Source: Vairimorpha necatrix
Lineage: Eukaryota
DNA length: 64,000 nucleotides
Direction of reading: 5' to 3'
Assembly: GCA_036630325.1 (NCBI GenBank)
Contig: CP142727.1
Coordinates: 1,364,001-1,428,000, forward strand
Of this stretch, positions 57,633 to 64,000 are shown in pieces. The notes beneath the pieces are model-generated. The model was given only the letters and a program-made list of their open reading frames with translations, had not been told where the DNA came from and did no database searches. A program made the position numbers and the translations under genes. Each line of letters begins with the position of its first letter. Within the stretch, counting starts at the first letter, position 1.

Positions 57633-57698
57633 AATATTTACATATATATTTTATAAAATCATGGTGTTTTAAGACATTAAAAGTAACAATAAAAATTT

Positions 57699-57935
57699 TA
57701 AAACATTTGTTTGCTCTGTTTTACCTTAATGATTTACATTCTAAAACATTTGATTATTGTGTTTTAACTAAATAAAGGTAACATGATTTTTAAAACATTC
57801 GTTTATTATCTTTTACTTATAAATCTACAATATAAAACATTTGTTTATTCTGTTTAAATGATTTACATTATAAAACATTTGTTTATTATGTTTTACCTAA
57901 ATAGAGGCAACATGAGTCTTAAAACATTGTGTTTT
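57699..57935. repeat. Degenerate minisatellite with TAAAACATT core
   Basis: Core at 57699, 57742, 57791, 57833, 57871 and 57920 (38-49 bp spacing). Confidence 0.85.
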
Positions 57936-58242
57936 ATCTCCAATAAAAGTAGCGTCTAATAACTTATCATAAATTTTTCTATTAAATAGTACTTTATACG
58001 CTGTGTTTTATACTTATAATAGGTATTTTGAAATTTTATATGTGGTGTTTTATACTCATTAAAGCCATTTAATTCGGTCGAAATATGTGAAATATTAAAA
58101 GTATATATAAAGTACAAATACTTTATATTTATATTGTATTTACTCATATCCAGTCTTTTACTACACACAAATATTTTTTTTTCTTGTTTTTAATTTGTTT
58201 TTGTTTGTTTGAGCAACAATATAAATTTATTTGTTTTTTGTT

Positions 58243-59208
58243 ATGACTATGAGTAGCAAAGGAATAGGAATGTCTAATCTGCCGAATCTCAAATACGGTA
58301 GAATATGTCGTAAAGGTATCGATTTTAATATAATGATAGTAGGGTCTACTGGTCTAGGCAAGACCAGTTTTATAAACGGTCTTTTCAATATAAATCTACT
58401 CGACACTACAACTGAAAAATCTGATTTCCATGTCTCCACATGCACTATTGTTGAGAATCAGTTTAAAACTAATATAATTATAACTGAAATTAATAATATC
58501 GGAGACAGAAAAAATAATGATAATTGTTGGAGACCAATAATAAAATATGTTCATGATTCGTATACAGATTTCTGGAATAAAGAACAAGAGAATGTAAGAG
58601 ATTTGATAAGTGATAAAAGAGTACATTTATGTTTTTATTTTTTGGAACCTAATATTGATTTTATAAGACCTGCTGATTTATTAACAATGAAAGAGATATC
58701 TAAATATTGTAATTTAGTTCCTGTAGTATCAAAAAGTGATTTGTTGAATGAAAATGAGAAACAAGAAGCATTTGATTTTTTGAGAAATATTTTTGAAGAA
58801 AATAATATTTTATTATTCGAAGAAGAGAAACCTGAAAGAGGTAAGCTTTCAAACTTCACACCTCCGTTTTTTATTATCTCTCCTGATGATATTTCCGAGC
58901 ACACGCGCAAATACCCGTGGGGAGTTCTTGATATAAGAAATTTTGTTACTAATGATTTATATAGATTGAGAGATCAATTGATAAATAAGAATATAATTGA
59001 GTTGATAAGACGTACAGAAGATTTTTATGATATGTTTCGGGCTACATTATTGTATGAGTATGTTGATACACAAGCTAGTAAAGAACTTAATAAAGAGTTA
59101 AAGCTTTTTGGGTTAAGTGAAGAGATTGAAGATGAGTATAAGATGATTAAAGAAATGAAAGCGAGGATATTAGAAAAGAAAGAAGTATTGAATATTACAA
59201 AGGAATAA
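58243..59208 (+). CDS. Septin
   Basis: GMSNLPN, KGIDFNIMIVGSTGLGKTS, D.RVHLC.YF, NLVPVVSKSD, PPF, R.YPWG. Confidence 0.95.
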   Translation: MTMSSKGIGMSNLPNLKYGRICRKGIDFNIMIVGSTGLGKTSFINGLFNINLLDTTTEKSDFHVSTCTIVENQFKTNIIITEINNIGDRKNNDNCWRPIIKYVHDSYTDFWNKEQENVRDLISDKRVHLCFYFLEPNIDFIRPADLLTMKEISKYCNLVPVVSKSDLLNENEKQEAFDFLRNIFEENNILLFEEEKPERGKLSNFTPPFFIISPDDISEHTRKYPWGVLDIRNFVTNDLYRLRDQLINKNIIELIRRTEDFYDMFRATLLYEYVDTQASKELNKELKLFGLSEEIEDEYKMIKEMKARILEKKEVLNITKE

Positions 59209-59432
59209 AGTATTAAATTTGCAAAATTATATTTATAAGATAAAAAAAATAATTTTTAATATTAAATATCATATTATAAATATGTTTAACATATTTTAAT
59301 GGTACAAAAAAGTGTAAACATGATTAAAAAACGATTTACAAATGTTCCAAGAGCCAATTCGATGTATAAATATTAAATCAATATGTTGTAAAATTTTTTT
59401 TCACTATAATTTTTTTTTAATATTATTTTTTT

Positions 59433-60968
59433 TTAATTTTCTACTCCATCAAAATGTTCTACTATTATTTTATATGCCTTATCAGATACTTCTATAGATT
59501 CACTATCTTGTAAATATTCTATACACCCCACTGCTTCAGTCTCTGACATTCTTTCTGTCACGATATTCCTACCAAATTTCTGCTCATATTTTCTACCACC
59601 TTCCAAGATATAAAGAAAACAGTCTAAAATATGAGACTGCATGTCTACTAAGTTCCCTGCTATTTCTAAATATGACACTAGTGACTCGATAAGTCCGCTG
59701 TCTATAAAGACTTGTACCCATTCAAGCTTGTTTACACAGTGAAACAAGGCATTACTGAGTGCCCAGCAGGCTTCTTTACGAATAAAAGGCTCATATGAGT
59801 TCATAGCGTCAATTAACATTGGAATTAAGTCGCACTCTACGACTTGAGAGACTTGCTCGACAGGGCCTGCTGTGATATTTGACAATGTCCAGCATATTTC
59901 TTTCCTAAGCCTCTGCGACTTCTTATTTTCTATTCTATAGAAAAGTACGCCGAAGAATTCTAAGAAGCCCATTTTTATTAGCGCGTTCGTCTGGTTGTCA
60001 TTCCCAGTGGCAATATTCCCCAGCATTCTTATTATTGGAGACACAGACATGGCCGCTATATTTGCGTCTTGAGGATCATGTGTCGCATTTTTAAGTTTCG
60101 CACAATATGCTTCAAGGCAGTTGTATGCCTTAGGCATGACATTACTGCCCAGGACAATGTCAGTGCAGCCGCTTTCTACGTCTACAATATAACTTAGAGC
60201 CCAGAATGAGTCACAGACTATTTCTGAGTCTCTTACATTTATTAATTTAAAAAGTATTTGTAGAGATTTGTGCATGTCACTTAATTTTGGTGGAGGATTT
60301 CTTCCTCTATTTAGATTACTCAGAAGCCACGTCATATTCCGCACTAATTTTATTTGACTTTCTCTAGTGTAATATTTCTCAAGTAGAGATATTAAAATAT
60401 CTAGAGCTCCTGTTTTTATTATACAATCTCTGGCGTGTTCAGAGTCTCCTGCTATATTTCCCAGTGCCCAGACACTCTGGTCGATTACTGTCTCATTTGG
60501 CTCATAAAGCATTGACACGAGCAGAGGCAAGGCGCCTGCCTTGAGAACAGACAGAGTCTGCTCAGATGTGCCTGCTGCTATATTAGTGAGTACCCAGGCG
60601 GATTCTATTCTAGTTTTGTCTACTAGTTCTTTATTATCTCCTAAACTTGAGACATATTCCTTATTTAAGATTTCCACAAATCTGGGTAGACACCCCGAGT
60701 CTATGACAGCCTGGACTGGCGGGTTCCCTTCGACGCTCAGGAGGGAGCGGAACTCGTAAGTCCCTTGGTGGAGGACAGTGAGATCATTAGAATAAAGCCT
60801 TTCTCTCATTTCTGAGAAATTAGAAATTTGTGATACGGCGAGACTTAGACTTCTCTTTTTATTAAGTAATTCTTCTTTTTTAAGTTGTCTGATTTCTACT
60901 TGTGCTTCTTCTCTTTGTTTTCTTCTATTTTCTTGAGTTCTATCGTCGAACATATAAGATCTACTCAT
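59433..60968 (-). CDS. SRP1: Importin alpha (karyopherin alpha)
   Basis: IBB domain (RR..R....EIR..K.EE.L.KKR); ARM repeats AWVLTNIA, WALGNIAGDS, KEICWTLSNITAG. Confidence 0.97.
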   Translation of the reverse strand: MSRSYMFDDRTQENRRKQREEAQVEIRQLKKEELLNKKRSLSLAVSQISNFSEMRERLYSNDLTVLHQGTYEFRSLLSVEGNPPVQAVIDSGCLPRFVEILNKEYVSSLGDNKELVDKTRIESAWVLTNIAAGTSEQTLSVLKAGALPLLVSMLYEPNETVIDQSVWALGNIAGDSEHARDCIIKTGALDILISLLEKYYTRESQIKLVRNMTWLLSNLNRGRNPPPKLSDMHKSLQILFKLINVRDSEIVCDSFWALSYIVDVESGCTDIVLGSNVMPKAYNCLEAYCAKLKNATHDPQDANIAAMSVSPIIRMLGNIATGNDNQTNALIKMGFLEFFGVLFYRIENKKSQRLRKEICWTLSNITAGPVEQVSQVVECDLIPMLIDAMNSYEPFIRKEACWALSNALFHCVNKLEWVQVFIDSGLIESLVSYLEIAGNLVDMQSHILDCFLYILEGGRKYEQKFGRNIVTERMSETEAVGCIEYLQDSESIEVSDKAYKIIVEHFDGVEN

Positions 60969-61509
60969 TAGGGGGGAAAGAAAAAAGAAACTTAAAAAGA
61001 AGTTATAAAAAGATATATATCTTTAATAAAATACAATATTGTATATCATAAATTAATTGATTATTTATATAAACTTAAAAAGAAAGATGACTTTATAATA
61101 AATCTAATAAATTTAAATTGTGCATAAAATATGTTTACAAATATAAAAGGAAATGAAAACATAAATCAAAACAAAAATAATCCCCAGTGGGACTAAATAT
61201 CACCGAAAGTCTCTGTGCATAATAAATAAGAGATATTAAAAAGGCCAGTAAAGCTTAATGTAAAAAGAGAGGCCAAGTACAATTAAAAAACAGTAATCCT
61301 TTAAATCAACGCGGTAAATATGTCAGCTAAAATATAAAGATAAAGAACATAATTAAAAGTCATATTTGACTGTCATGGATTAATCATCTTTCGACAAATG
61401 GACATATTTGATTGGCTACAAAAAGTATTTAAAAACATAATATAAGAAATAAGAGCAAACTACTAAAGTAATGTTTATTTTCGTAATCCCCTAGTACGTC
61501 TCTTTTACA

Positions 61510-62790
61510 TTAGGAATTCCAATTAATTTTATCCAAGTCTACTCCTTCCTTCACCATCTCATAAAGCGGCGACATGTCCCTGAGTTTCTTAACCGCTTTC
61601 ACTGTGTCTTCCCCCACTTTCTTGATTTCTTCTTTAGTTGTAAATTTATTAAGTCCAAATCTAATCGACGAGTGGGCTAAGTCGTCATTTTTCCCAAGTG
61701 CTCTCAGGACATACGAAGGCTCTAAAGACGAAGAAGTACAAGCACTGCCACTACTCACTGCTATATCTTTAAGATTCATCATAAGACCTTCTCCTTCTAC
61801 ATAAGGAAATGATAAATTCAGACAGCCTGGGTAAGTCTGGTTTTCTGCTCCATTGAAAACTACATCTTCAATATTTCTAGTAATGAAATTTTTCAATTTA
61901 TTGGATAATTTTTTGATATAAAAATAATCATTACGCATTTCTTTGGAACATATTTCGGCCGCTTTACCAAGGCCTACTACTAAGGGAGGCGGAGTGGTAC
62001 CACTTCTTAAGCCTCTTTCTTGGCCTCCTCCATTAAAAAGAGGTAACATTCTCACCCTTGGTCTTCTTCGGACATACAGCGCGCCTATTCCTTTAGGCCC
62101 GTACATTTTATGACCACTCAAACTTAACAAATCTATATTCATTTTATTAACATCTATCTCAATATGCCCGACTCCCTGAGCCGCGTCAACGTGGAATAAA
62201 ATATTTCTATCTTTACAAATCTTACCTATTTCTTTAAGTTTTTGTATAGACCCCATTTCATTATTAACAGCCATGACTGATACTAAAGCAGTGTCATTAG
62301 TAATAGAATCTTCTAGTAGTTTAGGATCTAAAATACCAGTATTATCTACTGGTAAGTAAGTAATCTTAGCTCCTTCTTCTTCTAGTCTTCTACATGTGTC
62401 TAGTACACATTTGTGCTCGATTTGTGTAGTAATAATGTGTACTGGTTTATTATCTTTCTTAAGAAAGGCGGCTACGCCTTTCAGAGCGAGATTGTTACTC
62501 TCTGTGGCGCCACTAGTGAAAATTATCTCTTTTTCATTTGCGCCCAGTAAATCAGCCACTTGTTTCCTGGCGATTTCTACGCCTTTTTCTGCGTTCCAGC
62601 CAAAAGAATGCGTCCGGGAATGCGGGTTGCCGAAAATTGAAGTGTAGTAGGGAAGCATGGCGTCTAATACACGCGGGTCTAGTGGTTTAGTAGCTTGAGA
62701 GTCTAAATATATTCTCTTTGGAGTATTTGATACTAAATTTGGAGAAATTTTATTGACAGAAATGTCTGGAAATATGTTCAAGTTACTCAT
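61510..62790 (-). CDS. NFS1: Cysteine desulfurase (mitosomal Fe-S cluster assembly)
   Basis: [34 protein letters not shown] (PLP Lys), SSGSACTS (catalytic Cys), SPLYEM. Confidence 0.98.
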   Translation of the reverse strand: MSNLNIFPDISVNKISPNLVSNTPKRIYLDSQATKPLDPRVLDAMLPYYTSIFGNPHSRTHSFGWNAEKGVEIARKQVADLLGANEKEIIFTSGATESNNLALKGVAAFLKKDNKPVHIITTQIEHKCVLDTCRRLEEEGAKITYLPVDNTGILDPKLLEDSITNDTALVSVMAVNNEMGSIQKLKEIGKICKDRNILFHVDAAQGVGHIEIDVNKMNIDLLSLSGHKMYGPKGIGALYVRRRPRVRMLPLFNGGGQERGLRSGTTPPPLVVGLGKAAEICSKEMRNDYFYIKKLSNKLKNFITRNIEDVVFNGAENQTYPGCLNLSFPYVEGEGLMMNLKDIAVSSGSACTSSSLEPSYVLRALGKNDDLAHSSIRFGLNKFTTKEEIKKVGEDTVKAVKKLRDMSPLYEMVKEGVDLDKINWNS

Positions 62791-62977
62791 CTTAAAAAGG
62801 GCAATAAAAAATTTTACACTAAAAAATAATCAAATTTTGGCTTTTTGAATTGTCCAAAGAGGTGTTTAATAATTTTATTAAAGATGTTGTCTTATTAAAA
62901 TATTGTATTTATAATTATCTATAGAAGATATAATTTTGTCTAAATAAAAGTTAAGTAAACATTAATGATCTTTTATT

Positions 62978-63406
62978 TTATTGATCTTTACTATAAATTA
63001 AGCTTAAGAGATACATGATACTCACTTTACCATTCGCATCGGGATTTATTATTCTTAATATCTCCGCCAGTTCATATTCATCAAGTGCATATTGGCCAGT
63101 TGACAATGTATTGATCAGGGTATTGGCGTCAACTGTATCAGATTTATCAGAACTCAGAGATTCAAGACACTGTCTCAATTCTTCTTTAGAAATCTCATTT
63201 TTCTGTAATTCTTCACAGTGGATTAAATATTCACTAAAAGACAAGCCTGTCTCTGGACAACTTTGCCTTATCTTTTCTAAGGCCTTGTCTGTCAAAGAGA
63301 AGCCGGCGTGACTGAACAATTTATACAAATCGTCAACATGGACAGTCTCATGAGGAGAATCAACAAATAATTGGAAAACTTTAGACAATCTATTTTTATA
63401 ATCCAT
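62978..63406 (-). CDS. Calmodulin/myosin-light-chain-like EF-hand protein
   Basis: 142 aa four-EF-hand layout with degenerate loops (DKSDTVDANTL, NPDANGKVS); CCC before ATG. Confidence 0.8.
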   Translation of the reverse strand: MDYKNRLSKVFQLFVDSPHETVHVDDLYKLFSHAGFSLTDKALEKIRQSCPETGLSFSEYLIHCEELQKNEISKEELRQCLESLSSDKSDTVDANTLINTLSTGQYALDEYELAEILRIINPDANGKVSIMYLLSLIYSKDQ

Positions 63407-63424
63407 GGGTATAAAAAAATGAAC

Positions 63425-63540
63425 AAGAAAAGAACATTACAATTTATTTGTAATATTTTTACACAAAAAAATTTATATTTTTTTTTTACCAAGATATAAG
63501 AAAAGAACTTTACAATTTATTTATTATATTTTTACACAAA
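63425..63540. repeat. ~45-bp direct duplication
   Basis: AAGAAAAGAAC.TTACAATTTATT...ATATTTTTACACAAA occurs twice, ~73 bp apart. Confidence 0.8.
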
Positions 63541-63663
63541 TAAAAACATCTAGTTTTTGTTACAAATATATAAAAATTTATAGTTTTTTTTTCAAGATAT
63601 ATTTATAAGTTTTTTACAAATCTAATTTTATTTACATTTTCTATAATAATAACACATATAAAT

Positions 63664-63999
63664 TTACAAACTTCTTAAATTTAACATTAAAATTCTCTTT
63701 TCATTTTTACAATAAAAGAAAAAACAGAAATACCATTTACAATTCTCAAATGGTCCACTTCTATTTTTATACGAAAATATCTCGCATTTATCAAGTCGAA
63801 CTGTCTTGTCAATAATCAAACTTATAAATTGCACAAAATCTGACACTTACTTTTTACATTTATACAAAACCATAAGTGAGTACATAAGCTCATTTACTAC
63901 ATCTTGGTATGGCATAAGTGTGAAACTTAGAGCATTTTCATTCTCGAAATCGTAGTCCGGGTAGGCCAGGGCTAGTGTCTGGACGAGGTAACGAAAAGG
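63664..63999 (-). CDS. MAF1: Pol III repressor Maf1, 3' part (5' end beyond window), interrupted by in-frame TAA at 63847-63849
   Basis: Translation from the window end: PFRYLVQTLALAYPDYDFENEN..F...VVNEL.YSL...KK*VSDF...IDKTV.L.KCEIFSY....PF...W.F.FFFY.K..KRI; PDYDF and CEIFSY/FFY.K..KR are Maf1 hallmarks. Confidence 0.85.
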
Positions 64000-64000
64000 C

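Noticed and set aside
57699-57935. CRISPR-like array
   Set aside because: Eukaryotic context, spacers similar to each other, degenerate repeats, no cas genes.
23647-63492. Numerous opposite-strand ORFs inside SMC3, DNAJC3-like, PRI2, BUD31, the 820-aa gene, RPS5, CCT6, septin, importin alpha, NFS1 and the EF-hand gene
   Set aside because: Antisense shadows of well-supported genes, Ser/Leu/Phe-rich, with no independent motifs.
63847-63849. Genome-wide TAA reassignment to explain the MAF1 stop
   Set aside because: TAA is the normal terminator of most conserved genes in the window (e.g. RPS5, RPS29, NFS1, CCT6).

Overview
This is very AT-rich (roughly 25% GC by eye) eukaryotic DNA with short, intron-poor, highly divergent genes and a CCC/GGG motif just upstream of most start codons. 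These traits indicate a microsporidian, and Nosema/Vairimorpha-like is my inference. About 1-22 kb is gene-sparse: a five-member family of ~220-aa secreted proteins (one copy frameshifted, with traces of a ~3.7-kb tandem duplication) plus one larger secreted orphan. About 22-64 kb is a compact core region: SMC3, GAR1, RhoGAP-like, tRNA-Lys(UUU), two ERG8-like GHMP kinases, DNAJC3-like, PRI2, a syntaxin, BUD31, a CCCH zinc finger, SCCPDH-like, RPS29, RPS5, CCT6, a homeobox gene, a miniature THO2-like gene, RPB4, a minimal Qb-SNARE, a septin, importin alpha, NFS1, an EF-hand protein and the 3' part of MAF1. Main points of interest: the secreted family; an intact but catalytically degenerate ERG8 paralog; a perfect 31-bp hairpin plus a stem-loop-rich block between SMC3 and GAR1; an in-frame TAA in MAF1 overlapping a GTAAGT; a J domain lacking HPD; and a 22-bp head-to-head gap at RPS5. 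All homology calls come from recalled motifs, not database searches. Many starts were moved from the ORF-track start to the ATG after the CCC/GGG motif.
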